A stretch of DNA of 63,418 bases, counting the filler. It is 7 parts of 7 records of this genome, joined end to end, with 100 filler letters (N's around TTAATTAATTAA, not from the genome) between each part and the next. Parts side by side here need not be neighbours in the genome. Positions count along the whole stretch, not along the records: positions 40,907 to 51,110 come from DRR723986_16059; positions 51,211 to 58,278 come from DRR723986_16068; positions 58,379 to 63,418 come from DRR723986_16196; 4 more parts are not named here. One strand, given 5' to 3'. Made by a program: the position numbers and the translations under genes. Below, piece after piece: positions 49,800 to 59,561 of the stretch (position 1 is its first letter; the number at the start of each line of letters is the position of its first letter). The notes beneath the pieces were generated by a model. The model saw nothing but the letters and a program-made list of their open reading frames with translations. It was not told where the DNA came from and ran no database searches.

Positions 49800-50960
49800 A
49801 TGGCTTTGAGATTTCGAAAGACCTTTACCCTCTTTCCGGGCGTTCGCCTCAACGTCGGCAAGTCTGGTATCAGCACCAGCATTGGAACACACGGGGCGAC
49901 GGTAAACGTTAGCGGTCGCGGTGTACGCGCAACCGTTGGAATTCCCGGAAGTGGATTGTCGTACACAACTCCGAACGTACCGTATGGCTCGTCAGGCTCG
50001 CAGAGCATGCCAGTAGGCAATGCCCGGTACGAGGAAGAGCACAGACTACAAAATGAAACGCCGCCAGTCTATATCCCTAGGGAAGGCATGCGTGAAATCG
50101 GTAGCGCTTCCGTTAAGGTTCTAACTAGCCCAAATCTGCAACCACTCAAGGACATGTTCGAGACGGCAACTGTACAGCAACGCCAGATCGAGAGAGACCT
50201 GTCCGACGCCGAGATCGAACTGACTCAGAAACAATCAGAATTGCTCAGAAAATCGGGCAGTATTTTTCGCTGGTTTTATCGGAAGAGGATCGCCGAACTT
50301 GAAGAAAGTGTTCCTGTGGTCAATGCAGAGGTTGAGCGATTGCAGGCGTGGAAAAAGGACACCCACATAAGTGTTGAATTCGAGTCCAACGATAAGGCGC
50401 AAAAGGCCTACGCGGCGCTTGTTCGTGCATTCGAGGGCCTTCGAGGCTGTAGAAAAGTCTGGGACATTACGAGTGACCGGGATACGAACCGTTTAGTAGA
50501 ACGGACTGAGGCAACCAGAGTCATTGACCGACATCCTGCAAAGCTTGAATTCTCCCAATCCGAGCTAATCCACTTCGATGGAAGAGCGATGCGTTTCGAG
50601 AACGTCAACGGGGAAGACATATTGCTCTACCCGGGCATTGCAGTGATGCCTCGACCAGATGGGGCGTTTGCTCTGATCGACCTGCGAGACCTAGAAGTTT
50701 CCGCCGAGCTCACCGGCTTCGTAGAGGACGATGCAGTGCCACCTGACGCTAAGGTGGTGGCGCAAACTTGGGCAAAAACCAACAAAGACGGTTCGCCCGA
50801 CCGTAGATTCAAGGACAACTATCAAATTCCAGTTTGTGAGTATGGTCGACTGGTACTCCGATCCGGCAAGGGGATTGCTGAGGAATACCAAGTATCAAAA
50901 GGCGATGCCGCTATTGCTTTCGCCGCTTCGCTAAAAAACTATCAAAACGCCCTAGACTGA
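49800..50960 (+). CDS. DUF4236-domain protein
   Basis: N-terminus RFRKTFTLFPGVRLNVGKSGISTSIG...GIPGSGLSY; coiled coil; C-terminal NKDGSPDRRFKDNYQIP. Confidence 0.85.
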   Translation: MALRFRKTFTLFPGVRLNVGKSGISTSIGTHGATVNVSGRGVRATVGIPGSGLSYTTPNVPYGSSGSQSMPVGNARYEEEHRLQNETPPVYIPREGMREIGSASVKVLTSPNLQPLKDMFETATVQQRQIERDLSDAEIELTQKQSELLRKSGSIFRWFYRKRIAELEESVPVVNAEVERLQAWKKDTHISVEFESNDKAQKAYAALVRAFEGLRGCRKVWDITSDRDTNRLVERTEATRVIDRHPAKLEFSQSELIHFDGRAMRFENVNGEDILLYPGIAVMPRPDGAFALIDLRDLEVSAELTGFVEDDAVPPDAKVVAQTWAKTNKDGSPDRRFKDNYQIPVCEYGRLVLRSGKGIAEEYQVSKGDAAIAFAASLKNYQNALD

Positions 50961-51030
50961 GTCTTTTTGAAGTCACCCGGTTTGAAACATTTTGTAGTAG
51001 GCGGAATTGCAGGGCCATCGAATGCGATTC

Positions 51031-51050
51031 GCCCCCTCAATTGCCCCCTC
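51031..51050 (+). repeat. Putative integrase arm-type site, right copy
   Basis: Identical to 42215-42234. Confidence 0.8.
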
Positions 51051-51083
51051 TGGACCGAAAAAATTTAATGTTTTCAGTAGAAG

Positions 51084-51110
51084 TGGTGCCCGGGGGCGGA
51101 ATCGAACCAC
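51084..51110 (-). tRNA. tRNA 3' portion (T-arm, acceptor strand, CCA), probably tRNA-Phe; rest cut by linker
   Basis: Minus strand GTGGTTCGATTCCGCCCCCGGGCACCA has a GTTCGA T-loop and CCA end. The anticodon is not visible; Phe is assigned from resemblance to alphaproteobacterial tRNA-Phe 3' ends. Confidence 0.8.
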
Positions 51111-51210
51111 NNNNNNNNNNNNNNNNNNNNNNNNNNNNNNNNNNNNNNNNNNNNTTAATTAATTAANNNNNNNNNNNNNNNNNNNNNNNNNNNNNNNNNN
51201 NNNNNNNNNN
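51111..51210. other. Artificial contig linker 5
   Basis: Same linker structure. Confidence 0.98.
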
Positions 51211-51519
51211 TCTACACCTCTCGAAAATCTTGGGAACCGAGAATCCAGACGCAAAACACGCTGCGCTCGAAGACTTAAATGTTCGAATACCGTGAGATGC
51301 CAAGACGCCGAGTTCCCGGCTTACAACATGCCGCCGCACTCTAAGACCCAAAGACTCAAACTCAGAAGCATCAAAGACCTAAAACGCTCAACCCAAAGAC
51401 AAACAAAATAGTCAAGAGAACCTGAGGGCGAATCCGAGCAGCATGCGATGGAGAGGACTCAAAGTGGTCAAGCCCCAATCCCTGTGTGATGCATCCCAAA
51501 TTGACCGCGCCCCAAAATG

Positions 51520-52764
51520 CTAAGCCGCGCTCTCAATCGCCGGAATTTCAATGGTGAAAGTGGTGCCCTTGCCAGGTGTGGACTCCTTGATAAAAATACG
51601 CCCGCCATGATACTCTTCAATAATGCGCTTGCACAAACTTAAACCCAATCCCCAGCCACGCTTCTTAGTCGTAAAACCCGGCTTAAACACGCTGCGTTTA
51701 AGACTGACCGACATGCCCTTACCCGTGTCACTGACGTTAATAATCGTGCGTTTAGGCAACTGCTCCACCTGAATCGTGATCGTGCCGGCGGCCTGCTCCA
51801 TCGACTCCGCTGCGTTTTTGATAAGGTTTTCGATCACCCACTCAAAAAGGACCGAGTTAACGCCTGCACGGACGCCATCCGGGAAATCGCGCTGGACGTC
51901 AACACGTTTGCCGAGGCGTGGCAGGCGCTGCTCGTAATAGCGTGCCACCTTTTCTATTAAGGCCGAAAGATTCTGCTCCTCGCGGTCGGGCTTGGAACCA
52001 ATTTTGGAAAAACGATCGGCAATTTTGTTTAAGCGCTCGATGTCAACACGCATTTCGTGGGCGGCTTCCTCCACCTGACTGGGCTTGTCGGAATCGTACT
52101 TAAGAATTTCAATCCAGGCCATTAAACTGGAAAGGGGCGTGCCCAACTGGTGTGCGGCTTCCTTGGCCATTCCGGCCCAGACGTTGGACTGTTCGGTACG
52201 GCGCAAATAGTTAAAGCCTACAAATCCAATAAAAATAAATCCGCTGATTGCCGAGAACTGCAACAGCGGAAAGAGCTGCAGGCGCGTGATTTGTTCTGAA
52301 TTGGCGTAGAAAAGGAGTTGCACAGCTTCGCCTGATACATCGCGAAGCACAATTGGGTCGTTCTCAGATCGGAATTGCTCGGCTAATTCCAAAGTGTAGG
52401 CCAACTTTTCGTCTTCAGTTTTATGCAGCTCAGGATCAAATACAACGTTGGAGACCGAATGCTCGATGGGTGATCTTGTTATCTCGCCGTTCTGATCGGT
52501 CAAGATCATCGGAAAGTGAATCTGAGGCAGTAGGATATCCTGAAAAAAGCCAAGAACTTCAGTGGATGGGTCCTCTTGGTTTAACATCAGCTCGGTATAC
52601 TTGGCATAGAGCGCCGCCAGATTTTCCTCATTCTGGCGCAGGTCCGACACCAGAGTATTGGTATAAACCATAACAACTGTAATGATGAACGCAGCCAGGA
52701 ACGCCAGCAACCATTTGATACGACTTGCGGTAGGCTGAAGGTATTTGTTAATCGCGGAATTCAT
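51520..52764 (-). CDS. Membrane sensor histidine kinase
   Basis: Two TM segments; H-box WAGMAKEAAHQLGTPLSSL; N-box ENLIKNA; DTGKGM; PGFTTKKRGWGLGL. Confidence 0.93.
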   Translation of the reverse strand: MNSAINKYLQPTASRIKWLLAFLAAFIITVVMVYTNTLVSDLRQNEENLAALYAKYTELMLNQEDPSTEVLGFFQDILLPQIHFPMILTDQNGEITRSPIEHSVSNVVFDPELHKTEDEKLAYTLELAEQFRSENDPIVLRDVSGEAVQLLFYANSEQITRLQLFPLLQFSAISGFIFIGFVGFNYLRRTEQSNVWAGMAKEAAHQLGTPLSSLMAWIEILKYDSDKPSQVEEAAHEMRVDIERLNKIADRFSKIGSKPDREEQNLSALIEKVARYYEQRLPRLGKRVDVQRDFPDGVRAGVNSVLFEWVIENLIKNAAESMEQAAGTITIQVEQLPKRTIINVSDTGKGMSVSLKRSVFKPGFTTKKRGWGLGLSLCKRIIEEYHGGRIFIKESTPGKGTTFTIEIPAIESAA

Positions 52765-52882
52765 ATTACTAGTTTCCCGGGTCGAGGTTTGCCTGATAAT
52801 AATTCGGCGTCGAGCGGCGTTTCAGCAAACAAAACGTTTTACGCGGCGCGGCAATTGAGGTACTTAGACATGCATGCACAAA

Positions 52883-53554
52883 TTATTGCGCCGAACTTTG
52901 CTGCAGTAGAGTTCGCAGCGGTGCATCCAACAGCGGATATTTACGCCAGTCGATGGCATCGTAATGCCACCACTCACGGCTGTGTGATGTAAAACCATGC
53001 CGACGCATCGTAGTTCGCAGCAGGGCACGATGCCGTTTAGCAGCTTCTGAAGCGCCTTCATAATCATGATGCGCACGTTCGCTAAAATCGTCAAAGTCAC
53101 TCGGCATTTCAAGTGCTTCACCATCAAGAGTAACCAGCGTCAGGTCTACCGCTGCGCCGTGATTGTGCCTGGAGCCATTTTTAGGCGTGGCCACATAGTC
53201 CGGGTCGCGTACGATTTCCCACATGCGCACCGTGACTGAATACGGCCTGTAGGCATCAAAAACCTTGAGTGCATAACCATGTGCGCGCAAATCCAGCCAC
53301 ACCCTATGGAGACGCTCGGCAACACCACGCCGCACAAAACAGGCAGCCGTGTCATAGAGCACTTCGCCGGTGAAGTTGTTACGCGTGGCATAACGGATAT
53401 CCAGGAAAATGCCGGGGATGACACTGCGCAGTTCAACCATATCCTGCGGGTTGCGCCCGGCGGAAGCGCTACTGGACGCAGATGCTGAGTGCGAATCTGG
53501 ACTGATACTCATAAGCACAAAACTTAAAACAAGCAATATAAGCCTTCGGGGCAT
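52883..53554 (-). CDS. D-Ala-D-Ala dipeptidase (VanX/DdpX, peptidase M15D) with signal peptide
   Basis: DIRYATRNNF, FDAYRP, SRHNHGAAVDLTL and EWWHY motifs. Confidence 0.9.
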   Translation of the reverse strand: MPRRLILLVLSFVLMSISPDSHSASASSSASAGRNPQDMVELRSVIPGIFLDIRYATRNNFTGEVLYDTAACFVRRGVAERLHRVWLDLRAHGYALKVFDAYRPYSVTVRMWEIVRDPDYVATPKNGSRHNHGAAVDLTLVTLDGEALEMPSDFDDFSERAHHDYEGASEAAKRHRALLRTTMRRHGFTSHSREWWHYDAIDWRKYPLLDAPLRTLLQQSSAQ

Positions 53555-53727
53555 GCTGCCGGCCTCGATGAAGTTTCTGCGGCTGCGTGCCGCGAACATG
53601 TAATATACTCGTAAAAATTGCTGGCATGGACGCCGCGGCGGCCCCGCAGATTGCGTCAGTGGTTTTGTAGTTGACCTGCTGCGCACTAATTTCGGCAAAC
53701 TGCTTTCACATCGGGATCGGATATCAC

Positions 53728-54015
53728 ATGTCTGAACACGCGGCTCTACGGCCCTGGAAAATTTATCTGCTGCTAGCCTTGCTGTGCCTCCTATGCGTGC
53801 CCTGGTGGGTCACGGAGGCCAACAACTTCACGATTCTGGGATATCCGGCCTGGGCTTTGTACGCCCTCGGGATGTCGCTGCTTTTTGCTGGAGGTATCAT
53901 CACGATTATTGGTCGTTTTTGGGAGCGGCTGGAAGTTCGGCACGAAAGCGGGCATTCAGCGGCAGACGACAATTCCGGCAATCCAAAAGATGCAGGTGAC
54001 CGCAATGTTACCTGA
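53728..54015 (+). CDS. Small two-TM partner protein of an SSS transporter (DUF997/DUF3311-like)
   Basis: Two hydrophobic segments and ILGYPAW; overlaps the symporter start. Confidence 0.7.
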   Translation: MSEHAALRPWKIYLLLALLCLLCVPWWVTEANNFTILGYPAWALYALGMSLLFAGGIITIIGRFWERLEVRHESGHSAADDNSGNPKDAGDRNVT

Positions 54016-55474
54016 CTTTGAACTCGGTATTGACGGTCTGATCGTGATGGTTCTATACTTGCTGGCGCTCGTGGGTATCGGCATAGCCGGCCGCAAGAGT
54101 CGCAAAGAAAACTCGCTGGATGACTTCTATCTGGGCGGTCGCGGCATGGGTTTCCTGGTGCTGCTCCTGACCCTGTACGCCACGCAGTATAGCGGCAACA
54201 CACTGATCGGATTTGCGGGCCGCGCCTACCGCGAGGGTTTCCTGTTTTTGATGAGTGTGACCTTTATGATGGCAGTCATAGCGGTCTATATCACTTATGC
54301 GCCGCGTCTGCGCAAACTTGCCGAACGCCATCGTTTTATTACGATCGGCGACTACGTACAGCATCGCTACAACTCTACAGCTCTGACTGTGCTGATTAGT
54401 GGACTTTCAATCTTTGCGCTGGGCAATTACATTTTAACAAACTTAAAAGCAATCGGCTCGGTGGTTGAACTCGTCAGCGGTGGCGCGATTCCATTTGCTT
54501 ACGGCATCATCGGCCTCTCGCTGATCATGGTCGTCTATGAAACACTTGGCGGCCTGCGTAGCGTAGCCTGGACGGACGTGCTGCAGGGTGTGATACTCCT
54601 GCTCGGCTGTGTGGCGATCTTCTTTGCCGTCGAATATCTCTACGAATCGACCGGTGGCACGGTGGCGGCGCTTAAGGCGGCACGCCCCGGACTGTGGGAT
54701 GCGCCCAGCGGCGCACAGAAAATCTCGTGGTTAAGTACGCTGATATTGCTCGGCGTCGGGATTGCGATGTACCCACATGCCATTCAGCGGATTTACGCTG
54801 CCAAAAGCTCCAAATCACTCAAACGTTCGCTGCAGTGGATGGCGGTTCTTCCGTTGGTGACAACACTTTTCATGGTCTACGTCGGCATCGTCGGCAACGC
54901 TCATTTCCCCGAACTGAGCCGCCTGGAAAGCGAGAACATTACACTGCTCTTATTGGGTGAGTTAACACAGTCATATGCAAGCATCGGCTGGCTGGTTATT
55001 TTGTTTGTCTGCGCGGCAACAGCGGCAATTATGTCAACGATCGACTCGGCGCTGCTGGCTATCTCCTCACTCTTCACGCAGGACATCTACCGGCGCATCC
55101 GTCCCGTCAGCAAACAGGCGGACCTGACGCGTTTTGGCAAAGTTCTCTCCTGGCTGATTATGGCGGGCATGGCCTGGCTGGCGGTTGAATCGCGCGAGAC
55201 GATCTGGCGGCTGCTCGAAATCAAACTTGAAATCTTATGCCAGGTGGCGCCGGCCGTCATCCTGGGAATCAACCTGAAGCGCGTCAACAAACAAAATATC
55301 ATCGCCGGGCTGCTGGTGGGCCTGCTGGTGACGGTAGTGCTGATGTTTGGCGAGGCTGAGTGGAAAAAACCTTGGGGCGTGCATGCCGGCGTCTGGGGAC
55401 TCGCCGCTAATTTGCTGGTGGTCTGGCTGTTTATGCCCGGCAAATCTGCCAAGGCGGAACTGCCGCGCTCCTAG
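54005..55474 (+). CDS. Sodium:solute symporter (PanF/PutP-like)
   Basis: DDFYLGGR, ATQYSGNT, GGLRSVAWTD and AAIMSTIDS motifs. Confidence 0.92.
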   Translation: MLPDFELGIDGLIVMVLYLLALVGIGIAGRKSRKENSLDDFYLGGRGMGFLVLLLTLYATQYSGNTLIGFAGRAYREGFLFLMSVTFMMAVIAVYITYAPRLRKLAERHRFITIGDYVQHRYNSTALTVLISGLSIFALGNYILTNLKAIGSVVELVSGGAIPFAYGIIGLSLIMVVYETLGGLRSVAWTDVLQGVILLLGCVAIFFAVEYLYESTGGTVAALKAARPGLWDAPSGAQKISWLSTLILLGVGIAMYPHAIQRIYAAKSSKSLKRSLQWMAVLPLVTTLFMVYVGIVGNAHFPELSRLESENITLLLLGELTQSYASIGWLVILFVCAATAAIMSTIDSALLAISSLFTQDIYRRIRPVSKQADLTRFGKVLSWLIMAGMAWLAVESRETIWRLLEIKLEILCQVAPAVILGINLKRVNKQNIIAGLLVGLLVTVVLMFGEAEWKKPWGVHAGVWGLAANLLVVWLFMPGKSAKAELPRS

Positions 55475-55598
55475 TGGTGTACAGTCCACCCTAATCCGGC
55501 CATGCCAATCCGGCCATCTGGATTCGGAACGCCACACTTTTTGCGTAAGCGACAAAACCAACTGATCCGGCGCTACACGCCTGGGAATACGATAAAAT

Positions 55599-58226
55599 AT
55601 GAGCAAAACACAGAACACACTTGCGACAGGTTTAACGCTACCGGCGGCACTTTGCGCAACATTCATTCTCGCTCTGGCGCTAAACATTCAGAGCACATTT
55701 GCGGCAATTGAAAACGATGCGCTCCCCGGCGAGCGCGGCACGCCTCTGCTCGTCGGTTACTCCCCCACGGTTCAGTTAAACGCCGCTGAGATTCAGGTGG
55801 AGCTGCAGCGTTTGACAACACAGAAAACTGTGCTGTATCTGGCGGCGCATCCCGACGATGAAAATCAGGGCGTGCTGACCTGGTGCCGCTCCGAGCTTGG
55901 CGTGCGCACCGGTTACCTTTCGCTCACACGCGGCGATGGCGGCCAGAACCTGATTGGCAGCGAAAAAGGCGATGCCCTCGGGGTTTTGCGTACCGAGGAG
56001 TTGCTGTCAGCCCGCCGCGTTGACGGCGCTGAGCAGTTTTTCACGCGAGCATTGGATTTTGGATATTCAAAAACGATTGACGAGACGCTGGCCGCCTGGA
56101 ACAAGGATTCGATTCTTGCGGATGTGGTCTGGGTGATTCGCAATTTTCAGCCCGACATCATAATTACGCGTTTTCCAGGCGATGGTCAGGGCGGCCACGG
56201 CCACCATACAGCTTCAACGCAATTGGCAGTTTTGGGTGCAGAGGCGGCCAAAGATCCAAGCAAGTTCCCCGAGCAGTTAAAACAAACTTCAACCTGGGAA
56301 GTCCAGTCGGTGCTTTGGAACAGTTGGATGCCGGAAGGTCCGCTACATGGCGTGCCAACCAAAAGCGTCGCACAGATTGAAACCGGCATGTTTAACAGTC
56401 TCCTCGGTGAGTCCTACCTGGAAATCGCGGCACGCGCGCGCAGCCGCCACCGCTGCCAGGGTTTTGGCGCATCACCGCAGCGCGGACAGCGCACGGAATA
56501 TTTTTGGCAACTATACGGCAAAAAGCCGTCTGACTCACAGCGACTGTTCAGCGATGCAGAACTCTACGGCATCGGCCAGGATCAGCCCGGATCGGCAAAT
56601 GCAATGTTTAATTTGGCATTAAACAACTACGATCCGGAAAACCCTCAGGCTGTCACCGAATATCTACTCAAGGCGCTCGAAGCCTTGCGGCAGGCCCCTA
56701 CAAAAACTTCGCTCAACCTGGCTAAACAACGTGCGACTCAGAGGCTTATCGCGGCGGTCAACGGCATGTGGCTGGAGGCTCGCAGTTTTGCCGAATCGGT
56801 GGCGCCGGGTGACAGTCTGCGTTTACAGGTGCGTCTGCTGCAGCGCAATCGCATGGACAATAACTCCGCCATGAATGCGGACATGCAATTGCGCAATATT
56901 AACCTGATTGTTGATGGTATGCCTGCACAGTTGCAGGCCGGCGGTGTCACACTCCAGCGCGACCTGACGATTGAAGAAACCGTCTTGCTGCCCGCCGAAA
57001 TGTCCTTATCTCAGCCCTATTGGCTGCGCAATCCCAAAAATGGCGCGATGTATGCTGTGCCGGATCAACAGCAGATTGGTCGCGCCTGGAATGCTCCCGA
57101 AGTTTATGTGACCTGTGGATTAATGATCGGCTCCGTGCCCGTGACCTTCGCCCTGCCGCTGCGCTACCGCTGGACGGACCCAACGCTGGGCGAGAGATTT
57201 AAACCGCTCGAAGTCACTCCGCCTGCCACCGTCACCTTTACACGTCCAACGCAGTTGTTTATAGGCAACGAGTCGCGTCCTTTAAGTGTTAAAGTCAAAA
57301 GTTATCGCGACGGGCTGGCCGGACGTGTTAACCTGGAGATTCCTAGAGGATGGAGACTTGAGCCTGCATCTTTTAACTTTGAGCTTAACAAAGGCATTGA
57401 GCAGGTCTTCGAATTTAGTCTGCGTCCCCCGGCGGAAAATCAGGAAGAAACTGTGTTTAAGGTGCGCGCCCTGGCTATCATTCCCGACGGCATGCTCGCC
57501 GTCAGCGAAGGCGAAGAAGTGATTGACTACGAACACGTGCCACGCCACACCATTTTTAGTCCATCGACCATCAAAGTCATGCGCAGTAGCATAGAAAACT
57601 CAGCACTCGTGGTCGGTTATATTATGGGATCGGGCGATAAGGTTCCCGAGGCACTCGAGCAGATGGACGCCAGAGTAGACCTGCTCAGCGATGAGATGTT
57701 AACAAACATGGACTTAAACAACTACGATGCAATTATTGCCGGCATCCGCGCCTACAATACGCGCGAACATTTGCGACAGGTGCAGGACAAGCTAATGGAG
57801 TATGTTAAGGACGGCGGCGTCTACGTGGTGCAGTACAATACGAACCGCGGAACGGTGGTTGACGAACTTGGCCCCTACGAGTTTAACCTCTCGCGTGGAC
57901 GAGTGACTGACGAAACTGCTACGATGCAGCTTCTGGCGCCCGACCACGATTTACTTAACATTCCCAACAAGATTCGCAGCTCTGACTTTGACGACTGGAT
58001 TCAGGAGCGTGGCCTGTACTTTGCGGTGGACATGGACGACAACTACGAGATGCCGTTTGCGAGCCAGGACAAGGGTGAGGAAGCGCTGGACGGCAGCGTA
58101 ATCTACGCGCAGTACGGCAAGGGTGTGTTTATTTACACGGGGATTTCATTTTTCCGTCAGCTTCCGGCGGGTGTTGCGGGCGCCTTTAAGCTCTTTGCCA
58201 ACATTGTGTCGGGCGGCCGCGAGTAG
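55599..58226 (+). CDS. Large secreted PIG-L/LmbE-family deacetylase with Ig-like and C-terminal GATase-like regions
   Basis: Signal peptide; AAHPDDEN, LTRGDGGQNLIG, DFGYSK and HGHH; C-terminal GYIMGSGD...GIRAY...WIQERGLYF...FFRQLPAGVAGA. Confidence 0.9.
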   Translation: MSKTQNTLATGLTLPAALCATFILALALNIQSTFAAIENDALPGERGTPLLVGYSPTVQLNAAEIQVELQRLTTQKTVLYLAAHPDDENQGVLTWCRSELGVRTGYLSLTRGDGGQNLIGSEKGDALGVLRTEELLSARRVDGAEQFFTRALDFGYSKTIDETLAAWNKDSILADVVWVIRNFQPDIIITRFPGDGQGGHGHHTASTQLAVLGAEAAKDPSKFPEQLKQTSTWEVQSVLWNSWMPEGPLHGVPTKSVAQIETGMFNSLLGESYLEIAARARSRHRCQGFGASPQRGQRTEYFWQLYGKKPSDSQRLFSDAELYGIGQDQPGSANAMFNLALNNYDPENPQAVTEYLLKALEALRQAPTKTSLNLAKQRATQRLIAAVNGMWLEARSFAESVAPGDSLRLQVRLLQRNRMDNNSAMNADMQLRNINLIVDGMPAQLQAGGVTLQRDLTIEETVLLPAEMSLSQPYWLRNPKNGAMYAVPDQQQIGRAWNAPEVYVTCGLMIGSVPVTFALPLRYRWTDPTLGERFKPLEVTPPATVTFTRPTQLFIGNESRPLSVKVKSYRDGLAGRVNLEIPRGWRLEPASFNFELNKGIEQVFEFSLRPPAENQEETVFKVRALAIIPDGMLAVSEGEEVIDYEHVPRHTIFSPSTIKVMRSSIENSALVVGYIMGSGDKVPEALEQMDARVDLLSDEMLTNMDLNNYDAIIAGIRAYNTREHLRQVQDKLMEYVKDGGVYVVQYNTNRGTVVDELGPYEFNLSRGRVTDETATMQLLAPDHDLLNIPNKIRSSDFDDWIQERGLYFAVDMDDNYEMPFASQDKGEEALDGSVIYAQYGKGVFIYTGISFFRQLPAGVAGAFKLFANIVSGGRE

Positions 58227-58278
58227 GTGTGTTTCTGCGCGCCGTTTTTGCAGACACTTCCGGCTTACTTTTCTACCA

Positions 58279-58378
58279 NNNNNNNNNNNNNNNNNNNNNN
58301 NNNNNNNNNNNNNNNNNNNNNNTTAATTAATTAANNNNNNNNNNNNNNNNNNNNNNNNNNNNNNNNNNNNNNNNNNNN
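58279..58378. other. Artificial contig linker 6
   Basis: Same linker structure. Confidence 0.98.
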
Positions 58379-59561
58379 TCGGCCAACCGCGTGTTCGTGT
58401 TCAGCGGGCCTGCGCGCGACCTCGCGGGCTGGGAGCAGGCGATACAGGCCAAGCTCGCGTGCCTGGCCTATCTCTCCCGCAAGGCCCGCTCCCACGCCGA
58501 GCCCAACCACCAGATCTTGCACTTTGCCAACCATCCCAAGCTGACAAGCTTTGTGTTTGGCGACTCGGGCGACCCGGGCGATGGCGACGACGGGGGGAAC
58601 GGAAAGAAGGAGGGGAAGGGGGAAGCGGGGGCGAAGGGAGGAGGCGAGGGAGGCGAGGCGCCGCGGAGGGGGAAGAGGGGAGGGACTCGCTTCCTTCCCT
58701 CGGACGCGCGGTGCGTGGTGCCGTACCTGTCGTGGGTGTCCGGTGTGACTTCGGTTGCGTTCCGTGGCGTGAGGCTCAGCGACAAGTCGCTGTCACTTCT
58801 TTGTACCGCGTTCGAGCGCAACCCAGGCATCCGCATCCTCGACCTTTCCAACAACCGCCTCACCGACGCTGGCGCGCGCAGCCTGGCCGTGTCGTTTGCC
58901 CACTTCCGCGGCAACCACCCGTTCTCGCTGTGCAAGCTGGTGCTGGACAACAACCCGCTCGGCGATGCCGGCGTTGCGGCGCTCAGCGGCCTGCTGTCGG
59001 GCGATGCCACCAACGGCCTGTCGTGCCTGTCCCTGCGCGGGGTGGGGATGGGCGACAGGGGCGCAGAGAGCATCGCGGGCGCGTTGGTGCAGCGGGGCGC
59101 CAAGCCCGAGCCCTTCTTCGAGCGCCTGTTGGTGGACAACAACAGCGTTGGCGATGCCGGCGCTGCCAAGCTGGCGGACGCGCTGAAGCGGTCGCAGCTG
59201 AAGGACTTGTCCCTCAGGAACAACAAGGTGGGGGGCGGCGGGCGGGGGGTCGGGCTTGTTGGTTGTTGTTGGGCTGTTGGGTCGTTGCTGACGATGCCCT
59301 CTCTCTCCTTCCCCTTGTTTTTGAGAGCAGATCGGGGATCCCGGAATGACGGCCATCGCCGGTGGGCTGGAAGGCTCGTCGCACATCCGCCGCGTCAACG
59401 TGGAGGCCAACCCGTTCTCCGACGACGTGGGGCTGGTGGCGCTGAGCCGTGCCTTGCTGCGCAACAACACGCTGGAGAGCGCCAACCTCACCCCCAACCA
59501 GCGCCTGGACGCGCCCTCGCTTGCTGCCCTGCGCTTGATGCAGCACACGCTCTTGGCGTGA
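58379..59561 (+). CDS. Eukaryotic RNI-like leucine-rich-repeat protein, 3' part; exons 58379-59227 and 59331-59561
   Basis: Repeats LDLSNNRLTDAGA, LVLDNNPLGDAG and LSLRNNK|IGDPG. The GT...AG intron 59228-59330 has a pyrimidine tract, and its removal restores the LRR frame. Confidence 0.85.

Larger units (their letters stand above)
42091..51101. mobile_element. Complete ~9.0 kb integrative island at a tRNA 3' end
   Basis: Flanking 18-bp direct repeats, identical 20-bp arm-type sites inside both ends, tyrosine integrase at one end, defence-type cargo. Confidence 0.9.

Noticed and set aside
51340-51420. Low-complexity AAAGAC(C/T)C-like repeats downstream of the histidine kinase
   Set aside because: Degenerate, short and aperiodic; no supportable function.
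52883-53554. VanX-like gene as a vancomycin-resistance marker
   Set aside because: No vanH/vanA nearby; signal-peptide-bearing M15D dipeptidases are widespread housekeeping enzymes.
9823-58378. Six recurring TTAATTAATTAA palindromes inside N-runs
   Set aside because: Artificial six-frame-stop contig spacers. Genes are cut mid-frame on both sides and composition changes across them, so no cross-linker gene association is valid.
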